From Candidatus Krumholzibacteriota bacterium (lineage in GTDB: Bacteria; Krumholzibacteriota; Krumholzibacteriia; JAJRXK01): DNA of 64,000 nt. Shown here piece by piece: positions 51,495 to 63,671 of the stretch; within the stretch, counting starts at the first letter, position 1, and the number at the start of each line of letters is the position of its first letter. Below the pieces are notes generated by a model. That model did not search any database and was not told the DNA's origin. It saw only the letters and a list, made by a program, of their open reading frames with translations. The position numbers and the translations under genes were made by a program. Location of the stretch: contig CAVSGG010000001.1 of the NCBI GenBank assembly GCA_963727455.1, positions 32,001 through 96,000 of the forward strand. The letters run 5' to 3'.

Positions 51495-51673
51495 AGCGGC
51501 CAAAAGGCGAAAATCGCTCCACCGTTGCGGTCGAAGCGCTCGAACTTGCGTCTTGCGGCCCGCCACCCTACACTTCCTAGCCGGTTTGTGCCGTTTGCGG
51601 CGACTTTCATGCGCGGCCACTGGAAGCGGTGGTTCGCACCCCACGTTCAAGCGAGAGACTCGTAAGGAATCCC

Positions 51674-52426
51674 ATGGCAACACTCGAACTGACCCGTCCG
51701 CTCGTTCTGGCGATCGATCTCGACGAGACCTTCCTGGAGGCGGATGCAAGCTCCAAGCAAGACCTCCTGGACCTTCTCGACGGTTCGCGGGAGCAATTGA
51801 ATCTCATCTACATGAGCCACGACACGGCCGAGGGCTTGATCGGCCTGGCCGCGAAGGCCGAGCTTCCGGTTCCCGATGTCTTCCTTTCCGACAGCGGCAC
51901 CACCGCTCTTAAGGGAGATGGAAGCGGGACCATCGACACCTTGCAGCGGAACATTATTCAACTGTGGCCAGGGAAGGCCGCGGTGAGTCGTGTGGTCGAG
52001 GCCATCGAAGGTGCACAGCTTCTGGAAGACGACTCGCCCTGCCGCCAGGCAGTCCACTACGACAACGATGAAGCCTACGAAGCTCTGGTGAAGGGCACGG
52101 ACTCGATCGGTTGCCACCTGGTACTGCGTCGCAACAATCGGGTGGACGTCTTGCCCTACGGCGTGGACAAGGGATCGTCCCTGGGTCGATGGGTCGTGGA
52201 AGAAAACCACAATCCCATGAGCGTGTTGGCCTACGGCGAGAGCCTCGGCGACGTTTCACTCTTCGGCCGCGGGTGGCGCGGAGTCTGTTTTCCACACGGA
52301 CCACAAGAGATGATCAAGGAGGCCACGCGCTTCCACAACGTGTACGTGGCCGAGGCGGATGGCCCCGCCGGCGTGCTCGATGGATTGCGTCACTTCGGGT
52401 GGATTCCCGCCACCGCCGGAGTTTGA
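51674..52426 (+). CDS. HAD-IIB (sucrose-phosphate phosphatase-like) protein
   Basis: LAIDLDETFL, VDVLPYGVDKG, AYGESLGD; SD AAGGA. Confidence 0.75.
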   Translation: MATLELTRPLVLAIDLDETFLEADASSKQDLLDLLDGSREQLNLIYMSHDTAEGLIGLAAKAELPVPDVFLSDSGTTALKGDGSGTIDTLQRNIIQLWPGKAAVSRVVEAIEGAQLLEDDSPCRQAVHYDNDEAYEALVKGTDSIGCHLVLRRNNRVDVLPYGVDKGSSLGRWVVEENHNPMSVLAYGESLGDVSLFGRGWRGVCFPHGPQEMIKEATRFHNVYVAEADGPAGVLDGLRHFGWIPATAGV

Positions 52427-52470
52427 CGGCAGGGCGAAATTTCCCTGGAACACATCGCTAAGATGGAATT

Positions 52471-52497
52471 CCGGTCCCTTCACGGGGGCCGGTTTTT
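52471..52497 (+). terminator. Rho-independent terminator
   Basis: CCGGTCCC/GGGGCCGG stem followed by TTTTT. Confidence 0.7.
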
Positions 52498-52618
52498 GTG
52501 TCCTCCCTTCGCGCCTCTTGGACAGGCCGGAGGCAAAAAGGGGGAGAAGACGGGAACTCATTTTCACCTCGCTCGTTGAATCCGTGAGCCTGGTAACGAG
52601 ACGGAAAGGTGGAACCCC

Positions 52619-54115
<1,497 letters not shown>

Positions 54116-54155
54116 TGTCGACCGCCGAGGGGCGGGAGACATTGACAGTTTTCAG

Positions 54156-54184
54156 AAAGGGGCGGCCCCCAAGGTCGCCCCTTC
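54156..54184. terminator. Hairpin between convergent genes
   Basis: AAGGGGCGGCC/GGTCGCCCCTT stem. Confidence 0.55.
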
Positions 54185-54206
54185 GTTCATGAGCGCTCGG
54201 AGGATC

Positions 54207-54956
54207 TCAGAGTTTCTCGCAGAAGGTCCCCGCCACCATGTCGTGCAGGGCTTGCTTGCGTTCGTTGGTGAGGACCAACAAATAGCCGAAGAAGAACCAG
54301 CCAGACACGAAGTTCTTGATGAAAAAGCGGAGGCTCGCTCGGGCAAAGCTGCAGCGGCCACCCTCGGTGTCGACCACTTGAATTCCCATGGCGCGCTTTC
54401 CTACCGTGGCCTGCCAACTCGAGGACAAGAGCAGCGCCTCGTAGAGCCAGGCGATGACGGTGGAGACCGCGTAGTAGACCCAGGGCAGCGAGGCCCAAAT
54501 TTCGTGAAAACTCAGGTGCTCAGCGGAGTCGGCCAGGGCCATGTAATTGTCCAGTAGACCGAGAGCGTAGGCGATGAAGAACCAGATCATCCCTACGAAG
54601 CCCATGGCCAAGCCATCGATGATGAAGGCGCCGGCGCGAATCCAAAAGCCCGCGTACTCCACCGGGGCCTCATCCTCTTCGGCCAAAAAACCAGCAGATT
54701 CCGCGCTTTCCTGCACGAAGGGAGCTGCGGGCTGGTCTTGGCCCGAGACTGCGGGCGCGGAAAGCTCTTCTTGCGCGGATGGCGGATCCATGGCATGGGG
54801 GAAATCCATGACGCGCGTCCAGATCTGGTGCTGCTCATTCCAGATGTAATCCGTTGGCCCTAGGCGCCCGGACTGAACGAGTCGCTGGATTTCCTGAAAG
54901 GAGACGGGACCGTGCCGCACCCCCTGGATTCCGTACCAATAGCCGTTCTCGTTCAC
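54207..54956 (-). CDS. RDD family membrane protein with an N-terminal GYF_2-like domain
   Basis: WYGIQGVRHGPVS..YIW; YAGFWIRAGAFIID, QATVGKR, KQALHDMVAGT. Confidence 0.85.
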   Translation of the reverse strand: MNENGYWYGIQGVRHGPVSFQEIQRLVQSGRLGPTDYIWNEQHQIWTRVMDFPHAMDPPSAQEELSAPAVSGQDQPAAPFVQESAESAGFLAEEDEAPVEYAGFWIRAGAFIIDGLAMGFVGMIWFFIAYALGLLDNYMALADSAEHLSFHEIWASLPWVYYAVSTVIAWLYEALLLSSSWQATVGKRAMGIQVVDTEGGRCSFARASLRFFIKNFVSGWFFFGYLLVLTNERKQALHDMVAGTFCEKL

Positions 54957-55055
54957 GACACCCTTCTCCTCGGCGGATCTTCCTCGCATGGACTCGGGGC
55001 TGAGTGTATCCTACTCAGCGCCGATCGACCACCACGCACGGGGAGCTTAGAGCCC

Positions 55056-55478
55056 ATGAGCGAAAAGAGCACTCGAGAACTGATCGAGGAATATTTGGAA
55101 GAAGGCCCTTACGCAGTCGTTGGCGCCTCTACCGACCGCAACAAGTACGGCAACAAAGTGTTGCGTGCGTATCAACAGACCGGTCGTGATGTCTATCCGA
55201 TCAATCCCAAGGCGGAAGAGGTCGAGGGGCTGAAGGCCTACCCCGATCTCGCCAGTCTTCCCTTGGTACCCCGCGGAATTTCCATCATCACCCCGCCCTC
55301 CGTTACGGAGAAGGTCGTCCTTCAAGCGGCCGAGCTCGGGGTGAGCTACGTGTGGATGCAGCCGGGCGCCGAGAGTGAAAAGGCGATCGAGAGCGGCAAG
55401 CGGGCCGGCCTCGGAGTCATTGGAGACGGGAGCTGCGCCTTGGTCGTGATGGGGTTTCATGAAGATCCGAGCAGTTGA
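55056..55478 (+). CDS. CoA-binding protein (YccU-like)
   Basis: AVVGASTDRNKYG, YPINPK, VWMQPGAES. Confidence 0.88.
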   Translation: MSEKSTRELIEEYLEEGPYAVVGASTDRNKYGNKVLRAYQQTGRDVYPINPKAEEVEGLKAYPDLASLPLVPRGISIITPPSVTEKVVLQAAELGVSYVWMQPGAESEKAIESGKRAGLGVIGDGSCALVVMGFHEDPSS

Positions 55479-55520
55479 TCCAGCCTTAGGAAGGCGCGCG
55501 ACTTCGCCGAGCGAACCACA

Positions 55521-58500
55521 GTGAGGAGAATTCCGATGAGACGCATTCCGTGGACCGTTGCCGCTTTGAGCCTGGCACTCAGCCTGGTTTGGGCCCAGTC
55601 CTCGCGCGCAGTCAAACCCCGCTATGAGCGCAAGGGCAACCAGGAGAACGAGGAGGCCAAGAAGAAGGGGGTCATGAGCGAGGACACCTTCAAAGGCCTC
55701 AGCTTTCGGGCATTGGGGCCGGCTCTCACCAGCGGGAGAGTTGGAGATCTGGCGGTCGACCCCAACAATCCCAAGCGCTATTTCGTGGCGGTTTGCTCAG
55801 GCAACGTGTGGAAGACCGAGAACGACGGGACGACCTTCGAGCCTGTCTTCGACAAATACGGCTCCTACAGCATCGGCTGCGTGACGCTGGATCCCAACGA
55901 TCCGCACCTGGTTTGGGTTGGAACCGGAGAGAACAACTCGCAGCGCTCGGTGGCCTACGGGGACGGAGTCTACAAATCGACCGACGGTGGGCAAAACTTC
56001 AAGAACATGGGCTTGAAGGAAAGTGAACACATCGGAATGATCGCAGTGGATCCGCGCAACAGCGACGTGGTGTTCGTCGCGGCCCAGGGCCCTCTCTGGC
56101 GTAGCGGGGGAGATCGGGGTCTCTACCGCACCGAGGACGGCGGGGAAACTTGGGACAAGATCCTCGACATCGACGAAAACACAGGCGTCAACGAGGTTCA
56201 TCTCGACCCGCGCAATCCGGACGTCATGTATGCCACCACCTACCAACGGCGCCGTCACGTGTGGGTCCTTCTGGACGGCGGGCCAGGCAGCGGCATTTAC
56301 AAGTCCACCGACGGTGGAGAGAACTGGGAGGAACTGACGAACGGAATTCCCGATGTCGACAAGGGGCGCATCGGGCTCGCGATTTCCCCCGCCGACCCCG
56401 ACTTTGTCTACGCCATCATCGAAGCCCAGGACAAAGAAGGTGGAGTCTTCCGTAGTACGGATGCCGGAGCCACCTGGAAGAAGATGTCCTCGACCATGTC
56501 GACCAGCCCGCAGTACTACAACGAGCTAGTTTGCGACCCGAATGACCCGGACCGCGTCTACAGCATGGATACTTTCCTCAAGGTCAGCGAAGACGGCGGG
56601 GCGACCTTTTCGCGCGTGCCCGGCAAGTACAAGCACGTCGACAACCACGTTCTGTGGATTGACCCCGACGATACGGACCACATGCGCGTGGGGTGTGACG
56701 GCGGTCTCTATGAAACTTGGGACCGCGCAGCGACCTGGCTGTTCAGAGCCAATCTGCCGGTCACGCAGTTCTACAAGATCGCCATCGACAACGATTCACC
56801 CTTCTACAATGTCTATGGCGGCACCCAGGACAACAACACCATCGGCGGTCCGACCCGCACCAACAGCGCCAGTGGAATCCACAACTACGACTGGTACATC
56901 ACGCTCGGTGGCGACGGCTTTGGGCCGGCGGTGGACCCCGAGGACCCCGATATCGTCTACTCGCAGTGGCAGTACGGCAATCTCGCCCGTTACGACCGGC
57001 GCAGCGGCGAAGTGCAGGACATCCAGCCTCAACCCGAGAAGGGCGAAGTTCTCAAGTGGAACTGGTCGTCGGCCCTCCTCATCAGTCCTCACGATCCGCA
57101 TCGCCTCTACTATGGCGCGAACAAACTCTTCCGCAGCGACGATCGCGGGGACAGCTGGGTGAAGGTGAGCGGCGATCTGACACGCCAGCTCGACCGGAAC
57201 GCGCTTGGGGTGATGGGGCGGGTTTGGAGCGTGGACGCAGTCGCAAAGAACAACTCGACCTCGTATTACGGGACCATCGTGAGCCTTAGCGAATCGCCTC
57301 TGCAGGAGGGACTTCTCTACGTCGGTACCGACGACGGCCTCATTCAGGTGAGCGAGGATGGAGGACAACACTGGCGAAAGCAGGAGAGCTTCTCGAACGT
57401 TCCCGACATGAGCTATGTCTCTTACATCATCGCTTCCTCGCACGACGTGAACACCGTCTATGCATCCTTCGACAATCACAAACGAGGCGACTTCCAGCCC
57501 TACCTTCTCAAGAGCACGAATCGGGGCAAGGGCTGGGATTCGATTAGCGGAGACCTTCCCGAGCGCGGCAGTGTCTACGCGATCGCCGAGGATTACCTCG
57601 ATCCGAATCTTCTTTTCGCCGGTACCGAGTTCGGCGTGTTCTTCACGGTGGATGGAGGCGAGCACTGGATCCAGCTCGAGGGAGGCATCCCCACCATTGC
57701 CTGCCGCGATCTCAAAATCCAACGCCGCGAGAGCGATCTCGTGGTGGGAACGATGGGTCGCGGGATTTACGTGCTGGACGACTACAGCCCGCTGCGCTCG
57801 GCGAGTCGGGAGACTCTGGAGCACGAGGCGCTTCTGTTTCCGGTGAAGAAGGCGGAACTCTATCATCCCGCGACTCCTCTGGGCGGCAACGGCAAGTCGA
57901 GCTTGGGCGACGCGTTCTTTGTGGCGGAAAACCCTCCTTTCGGCGCTGTCTTCAGTTACTACCTCAAGGACGGCTATCAGAGTTTGCGCGAGGAGCGCAG
58001 GAAGAATGAGAAGGAGATCGAGAAGAAGGGCGGAGACAACCCCTATCCCTCTTGGGAAGAGTTGCGGAAGGAAGACGAAGAGGAGGCACCGGCCGTCGTC
58101 CTGGTCGTTCGCGACGAGGCCGGCAAGGTCGTCCGGCGTGTCGTGGGAGAAAGCGGGAAGGGGATCCACCGTACTGCCTGGGACCTGCGCTTTCCCGCTC
58201 CGGATCCTTCCTCTACCAAGGAATGGAAGGCGCCCGATCCCTGGACTGCTCAACCCGCGGGGCCTCCCGTCCTCCCCGGTTCCTACACGGTGCAGCTCAT
58301 GGCTCGGGTGCGCGGCGAGACGAAAACTCTGAGTGAGGAGGTTCCGTTCACGGTCGAAGCGCTGAATCTGGCGAAGTTACCCGCAAAGGACGGCGCAAAG
58401 AACCTGCAATTCCGCAAAGAGACTGCGGAACTGCGACGCGCGGTTTTGGGCGCGCGCCGCTCGATGAAAGAAATCCAAGATCGCATCGATCACATGCGAG

Positions 58501-58862
58501 TTGCGCTCCGCGATACGCCGGGCGCGGACAAATCCCTCACCAACGAACTCGACGGTATCGAGGCGCGCCTGCGAAAGCTGCGCACGCTCATGAACGGAGA
58601 TCACACGATCTCCTCGCGTAGCGAAGCGACCACGCCGGGTTTGGTAGAGAGAATGGATCGAGCGACCTGGGGCTGGAGCAACTCCTCGGCTCCGACGGAG
58701 ACGCAGCGCCAAACCTTCCAGATCGCGCGCGACCAGTTCAAGAACGAGGTACTACCCGAGCTCCAAGAGCTCATGAATTCGGTACTGCCGGACTTCGAGC
58801 AGAAACTCGAGGAGCTGGGCGCGCCGTGGACGCCGGGACGCGTGCCAGAGTATCAGGGTTGA
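55521..58862 (+). CDS. Secreted BNR/Asp-box (VPS10/sortilin-like) glycosyl hydrolase-type protein
   Basis: Signal peptide; repeated STDGG..W Asp-boxes; GGTQDN; AGTEFG; coiled-coil C-terminus. Confidence 0.85.
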   Translation: MRRIPMRRIPWTVAALSLALSLVWAQSSRAVKPRYERKGNQENEEAKKKGVMSEDTFKGLSFRALGPALTSGRVGDLAVDPNNPKRYFVAVCSGNVWKTENDGTTFEPVFDKYGSYSIGCVTLDPNDPHLVWVGTGENNSQRSVAYGDGVYKSTDGGQNFKNMGLKESEHIGMIAVDPRNSDVVFVAAQGPLWRSGGDRGLYRTEDGGETWDKILDIDENTGVNEVHLDPRNPDVMYATTYQRRRHVWVLLDGGPGSGIYKSTDGGENWEELTNGIPDVDKGRIGLAISPADPDFVYAIIEAQDKEGGVFRSTDAGATWKKMSSTMSTSPQYYNELVCDPNDPDRVYSMDTFLKVSEDGGATFSRVPGKYKHVDNHVLWIDPDDTDHMRVGCDGGLYETWDRAATWLFRANLPVTQFYKIAIDNDSPFYNVYGGTQDNNTIGGPTRTNSASGIHNYDWYITLGGDGFGPAVDPEDPDIVYSQWQYGNLARYDRRSGEVQDIQPQPEKGEVLKWNWSSALLISPHDPHRLYYGANKLFRSDDRGDSWVKVSGDLTRQLDRNALGVMGRVWSVDAVAKNNSTSYYGTIVSLSESPLQEGLLYVGTDDGLIQVSEDGGQHWRKQESFSNVPDMSYVSYIIASSHDVNTVYASFDNHKRGDFQPYLLKSTNRGKGWDSISGDLPERGSVYAIAEDYLDPNLLFAGTEFGVFFTVDGGEHWIQLEGGIPTIACRDLKIQRRESDLVVGTMGRGIYVLDDYSPLRSASRETLEHEALLFPVKKAELYHPATPLGGNGKSSLGDAFFVAENPPFGAVFSYYLKDGYQSLREERRKNEKEIEKKGGDNPYPSWEELRKEDEEEAPAVVLVVRDEAGKVVRRVVGESGKGIHRTAWDLRFPAPDPSSTKEWKAPDPWTAQPAGPPVLPGSYTVQLMARVRGETKTLSEEVPFTVEALNLAKLPAKDGAKNLQFRKETAELRRAVLGARRSMKEIQDRIDHMRVALRDTPGADKSLTNELDGIEARLRKLRTLMNGDHTISSRSEATTPGLVERMDRATWGWSNSSAPTETQRQTFQIARDQFKNEVLPELQELMNSVLPDFEQKLEELGAPWTPGRVPEYQG

Positions 58863-58908
58863 GTCGCGTTCTTTTCCGCGTGTTGAGTCCTGGGCTCCCA
58901 AGCACCGT

Positions 58909-60117
58909 TCAGGAGTCCAGGACCTTCACAACCAGTGCGGTCAGATCGTCCTCTTGGAGGTAGGAACCCAGGAACTCGCAAACCGCGCGGTGCAGCGCGC
59001 CCACGATTTTCGCGGCGCTTTCGAAGCGGTGCTGTCGCACCACGTCCACAGCGCGCTCTGGCCCGAAGAATTCTTCCTCTCCTCGCGCCGCCTCGATGAC
59101 TCCATCGGTGAGCACGACGAGGATGTCGCCGCATTTGAATTCGATCGCCTCCATCGGGGTGATCGACATCTTCTCGAACAGCCCGAGCGGCGTGGTCGTG
59201 CTTCTCAGGCTCGTTCGGATTTCTCCTGAAGCATTCAGAATGTAGGCGGTTTCGTGCCCAGCGCTGGTGTATTGGAAACGGCGGCGATGCGGGTCGAGCT
59301 CTCCCAGGAACAGGGTGACGAACTTGTCCGCATCCGTGTCCCGGTAGAGATAATCGTTGGCGCGCTGTAAAATTCCGTGCAGCCCATGCCCCTCGCGCGC
59401 CAGGGCTCGCAAGTAGGCGCGGGTTTCCGCCATCAACATGGCCGGCCCCACGCCGTGGCCGCTCACGTCTCCCACCACGAGGCCAATGGTTTCCCTTTGC
59501 ATGCTGATGTAGTCGAAGTAGTCGCCGGCCACGGATTCGGCGGGGTTGGTCTGCCCCGCGATCTCGTAACCGCTCAAGTGGGGCGCTCTCGCGGGAAAAA
59601 GCCGCTTCTGGATCTGACGCGCGCTGGCAAGCTGCCGCGAGTTGTGGCGGTCGGCGGTGACATCGAGTGCGATCCCGACGCTGCCGAAAATCGTTCGGTC
59701 GCTGGCGAACAAGGGTTTGACGCTGACCGCGAAGTCGCGCCCGCACCAATGCCATTCGTAGGAAGAAGATATTCCCTCGATGGCCTTGAGCTGATGGGCC
59801 AGGGGCTTGAAATTGAAATCGCTGGTGCGAAAGACCTCCTGCATGGTCCGATTCACGATCTCGTCGGGGTCTTGGTGAAGCAGAGCCAGGCCGGAACCCT
59901 GGACCGAGTTGAGGCGCAGAGCGCAGTCCGTCGTCCATACGACGGCAGGGAGGCGATCGATGAGACCCTGAAGGCGTTGCTGGTTGGAGAGCAGCCTTTT
60001 CTCGGTCGAGACGAAGGACGGGCCGCTTCCTCCGGTGCCTTGCCCCCTCTTGATCCTGCGCAAGCGGGTCGTGAATTTCCTCATCCGGGTTTTGTCGTTG
60101 ACTCTGAGGGCTTGCAT
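58909..60117 (-). CDS. PAS-domain PP2C/SpoIIE (RsbU-like) phosphatase
   Basis: VAGDYFD, GDVSGHG, SAGH, LTDGVIEA, DDLT; PAS-like N-terminal part; start uncertain. Confidence 0.85.
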   Translation of the reverse strand: MQALRVNDKTRMRKFTTRLRRIKRGQGTGGSGPSFVSTEKRLLSNQQRLQGLIDRLPAVVWTTDCALRLNSVQGSGLALLHQDPDEIVNRTMQEVFRTSDFNFKPLAHQLKAIEGISSSYEWHWCGRDFAVSVKPLFASDRTIFGSVGIALDVTADRHNSRQLASARQIQKRLFPARAPHLSGYEIAGQTNPAESVAGDYFDYISMQRETIGLVVGDVSGHGVGPAMLMAETRAYLRALAREGHGLHGILQRANDYLYRDTDADKFVTLFLGELDPHRRRFQYTSAGHETAYILNASGEIRTSLRSTTTPLGLFEKMSITPMEAIEFKCGDILVVLTDGVIEAARGEEEFFGPERAVDVVRQHRFESAAKIVGALHRAVCEFLGSYLQEDDLTALVVKVLDS

Positions 60118-60377
60118 CTTGAGACCTCGCGGGCGCGGGGAAAATGGAAGGTGAATGAATGAGAAGTTCCTTCGAAGGAACGGTTCTCCATCCAGGCGAG
60201 AGCTCAATACTCTCTAAGACGATAAGATCCAGCTTCTTCCCCCCAAAAGGTGAATGGCACTCAGATCGCGCGCGTGGGCCGGACGATCCGCCACTGGAAT
60301 TACGCCGCGAAATGGTGTTTCATGGGTTCAGCTCGAATCCCCAGGTATTCCATTGATCTGCAGTTTTGGGAGGATCC

Positions 60378-63300
60378 ATGCTTCGCGAAGCTCCGCGCGT
60401 TCGTCGTCTCACGCTGTATTTTCTCTTTGCTCTCGCTCTACTCGCGCTCGCCCCCCCTTCTCTCTGCCGGGCTAGGTTCGACCCCGGACTATTGGCGGGC
60501 ATGAAGGCGCGCTCGATCGGGCCGGCCGGGATGTCGGGCCGCATCGTTGCCATCGCCTCGGTACCCCAAGACGAAAACCTCATCTACTTGGGAACGGCGA
60601 CGGGGGGACTGTGGAAGTCGGTGAACGGCGGCCTGAATTTCGAACCCGTCTTCGACGACCAAGCGGTCGCGTCCATCGGAGCCATCGCTCTGGAGCCGGG
60701 CAACCCGGACGTCGTGTGGGTGGGCACCGGTGAATCCAATCCGCGCAACAGCGCTTCGGTCGGCGACGGCGTGTACAAGAGTCTCGACGGTGGTCGCACC
60801 TGGCACCACTTGGGACTCGAGAAGAGTGAGCACATCCGCCGTATCGTCATCGACCCGCGCGATCCCGACCGGGTGTACGTGGCGAGCTTGGGCCCGGCGT
60901 GGAGCGATGGCGGGGACCGCGGCCTCTACCGAACCACGGACGGCGGCAAGAGTTGGAAGAAGATCCTGGGAGCCAACGATCGCACCGGTTGCACCGAACT
61001 GGTCATGGATCCGTCCAATCCCAACAAGCTCTTCGCGGCTCTCTGGGAATATCGCCGCTGGCCCTGGTTCTTCGAGAGTGGCGGAAAGGGATCCGGTCTT
61101 TTCGTGAGCTACGACGCGGGCGACAGCTGGGAGCAGCTGAGCGAGGAGGACGGGCTTCCCGCGGGAGAGTTGGGCCGCATCGCGATGGCATTCTCTCCCA
61201 GCGATCCGAAGATCCTCTACGCGCTCGTCGAGGCCGAGGACAATGTACTTCTGCGCAGCGAGGATGGGGGCCACTCCTTCAAGCTCGCGAGTAAGGGAGA
61301 CAATATCGGCAACCGCCCCTTCTACTTCAGCGACATCCATGTCGATCCCGCCTGGCCCAACCGGGTGTATAGCCTCTGGTCACAGGTGAGCGTGAGCATG
61401 GACTCGGGCAAGAGCTTTCAGGTCCTGGTGAGCTGGAGCAAGGCCCATCCGGATCACCACGCCATGTGGATCGATCCTAAGAATCCGCGCCGTTTGATCC
61501 TTGGCAACGACGGTGGAGTGTATCTCAGTCAAGACCGCGGGCAGAGCTGGCGCTTCGTCAGCAATCTTCCTCTGGCCCAGTACTATCACATCGCGGTCGA
61601 CGACGATCAGCCCTACCACGTCTACGGGGGCATGCAGGACAACGGCTCGTGGCGCGGCCCCAACACGGTGTGGGAGAACGGCGGCATCCGGAACTACCAG
61701 TGGGAAGAGGTGGGCTACGGCGATGGTTTCGATACCCGCCCCTATCCGCGCGATTCCATGGTCGGCTATTCCATGAGTCAAGAGGGCTATCTCATCCGCT
61801 GGAACCTGCACACGGGCGAACGCAAGAGCATCCGCCCCGCCCCGCCGAGCGATGAAAAACTGCGCTTCAACTGGAACGCAGGCTTCTCCCTGGACCCTTT
61901 CGATTCCGATACGATTTATCTAGGAAGCCAGTATCTGCACAAGAGCAGTGATCGTGGCGAACACTGGACCATCATCTCTCCCGATCTTACGTCCAACAAC
62001 CCGGATTGGCAGAATCAGGACGAGAGCGGCGGATTGACCCCCGACGTGACGGGCGCGGAGAACTTCACCACGATCGTCGCCATCGAACCGAGCCCGCTCA
62101 AGAAGGGTGTAATCTGGGTGGGCACCGACGACGGGAGACTGCAGCTCACCCGCGACGGCGGCGACCACTGGGAAAGCCTGGAGGGCCATGCGAAGGGCGT
62201 TCCGGACAACACCTGGATTCCCTGTATCTACGCGTCGACCCACGAGCCCGGCACGGCCTTCGTGCTCTTCGAAGACCACCGACGAGGTAACTGGACCCCC
62301 TATGTGTACCGAGTCGACGACTACGGAAAGCACTGGAGGAACTTGGCCACCGACGATATCCGGGGCTACTGCCTGAGCGTGGTGCAGGACCCCGTCGACC
62401 CGCAGCTCTTGTTCTTGGGCACTGAATTCGGTCTCTACTTCAGCCTTGACGGCGGTGAGCACTGGATGAAGTGGACCCACGGGATCCCCACGGTTTCCGT
62501 CATGGGCCTGGCCATTCAGACGCGCGAGAACGACCTCGTGGTGGGTACACACGGACGCTCAGCCTACGTGATCGACGACATACGCCCGCTTCGTACGATG
62601 AGTGAATCTCTTCTGCAGGAGCCCCTACATCTTTTTTCCATTCCCAGCGCGGTCGAGTATCAGGTGAAGCAAGCCGGAGCCTCACGCTTTCCCGGCGACG
62701 GGGAATTTCGCGGCAAATCCCAAGCGCGTGGCGCCATGATCACGGTGGCGGTGCACGATGCGGAGCTTCCCTATCCCGATGAAAAGGTGGAGAAGCAGCG
62801 CAAGAAGAAGGAAAGCGATGCTGACGATACCGAGGCCGAAAAACCCGAGAAGCTGCAGGTGACGGTGCGCAATGCGCGGGGAGAGCGAGTGCGCCACTTC
62901 AAGCGCGAAGTGAAACAGGGCGTCAATCGCATCGTTTGGTCCCTGGACAGCGATGCCTTCAAGAAGATTCCCGGGAACAAGAGCGAGGAGGAAGAGGAAT
63001 CCGACGTCAAGGGAGGTGGTCCGCAGGTAATGCCCGGCACCTACACCGTCACTCTGAGCTACAAGGACTCCAAGGTCGAGGGCGAGCTAAGGGTGCTTCC
63101 GGATCCCAGAATTCCGATCGGCGAGAAGGATCGGCAAGAAGCATGGTCCACTCAGGAGCGTTTGGGTCACCTACAGGAGACCATCGCCGAGGCGGTCGAA
63201 CGAATCCACGCGGCGGACAAGGATTGCGATTTCGTGCTCGCCAAGATCGCGAGACTGAAGTCGGAGGCGAAGTCGCAGGAGAACGAGTCCGCTGATGCGG

Positions 63301-63671
63301 GCGTGGATTCCACACGCTGGCAGGATCTGAAGAAGAAAACCGAGGACCTACAGAAGGGACTCAAGGGACTGGAAGAGCGCCTGCGCGGGCCCCTGAAACC
63401 CAAGGGCTACATCGGCGGGGAATGGCCTTCACGACGCATGGACCGCGCGCGTTGGCTGCTCGGTCCGAGCTGGCAGAAGCCCACCGAAGCCGGACTTCGC
63501 TACCTGCAGTTGGCCGAAGATGATACGCGTCCCGTGCTGGACGACCTGAACCACTTCTTCGAGAACGAGGTTGCTGCCTTCAGGACGGAGGTGGCGTCGT
63601 CGGGATTGACCCTGTTCCCTGAGCGAGATCCGATCGAACTCAGCCCAGAAGGAAGTGGAGCAAAGGAGTGA
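60378..63671 (+). CDS. Second secreted BNR/VPS10-like protein
   Basis: RSIGPAGMSGR, Asp-boxes, GGMQDNG, LGTEFG; paralog of 55521-58862. Confidence 0.85.
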   Translation: MLREAPRVRRLTLYFLFALALLALAPPSLCRARFDPGLLAGMKARSIGPAGMSGRIVAIASVPQDENLIYLGTATGGLWKSVNGGLNFEPVFDDQAVASIGAIALEPGNPDVVWVGTGESNPRNSASVGDGVYKSLDGGRTWHHLGLEKSEHIRRIVIDPRDPDRVYVASLGPAWSDGGDRGLYRTTDGGKSWKKILGANDRTGCTELVMDPSNPNKLFAALWEYRRWPWFFESGGKGSGLFVSYDAGDSWEQLSEEDGLPAGELGRIAMAFSPSDPKILYALVEAEDNVLLRSEDGGHSFKLASKGDNIGNRPFYFSDIHVDPAWPNRVYSLWSQVSVSMDSGKSFQVLVSWSKAHPDHHAMWIDPKNPRRLILGNDGGVYLSQDRGQSWRFVSNLPLAQYYHIAVDDDQPYHVYGGMQDNGSWRGPNTVWENGGIRNYQWEEVGYGDGFDTRPYPRDSMVGYSMSQEGYLIRWNLHTGERKSIRPAPPSDEKLRFNWNAGFSLDPFDSDTIYLGSQYLHKSSDRGEHWTIISPDLTSNNPDWQNQDESGGLTPDVTGAENFTTIVAIEPSPLKKGVIWVGTDDGRLQLTRDGGDHWESLEGHAKGVPDNTWIPCIYASTHEPGTAFVLFEDHRRGNWTPYVYRVDDYGKHWRNLATDDIRGYCLSVVQDPVDPQLLFLGTEFGLYFSLDGGEHWMKWTHGIPTVSVMGLAIQTRENDLVVGTHGRSAYVIDDIRPLRTMSESLLQEPLHLFSIPSAVEYQVKQAGASRFPGDGEFRGKSQARGAMITVAVHDAELPYPDEKVEKQRKKKESDADDTEAEKPEKLQVTVRNARGERVRHFKREVKQGVNRIVWSLDSDAFKKIPGNKSEEEEESDVKGGGPQVMPGTYTVTLSYKDSKVEGELRVLPDPRIPIGEKDRQEAWSTQERLGHLQETIAEAVERIHAADKDCDFVLAKIARLKSEAKSQENESADAGVDSTRWQDLKKKTEDLQKGLKGLEERLRGPLKPKGYIGGEWPSRRMDRARWLLGPSWQKPTEAGLRYLQLAEDDTRPVLDDLNHFFENEVAAFRTEVASSGLTLFPERDPIELSPEGSGAKE

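Noticed and set aside
55521-63671. Two VPS10/BNR paralogs around a PP2C phosphatase as a novel system
   Set aside because: This is a common multi-copy family, and no sequence evidence links it functionally to the opposite-strand phosphatase.
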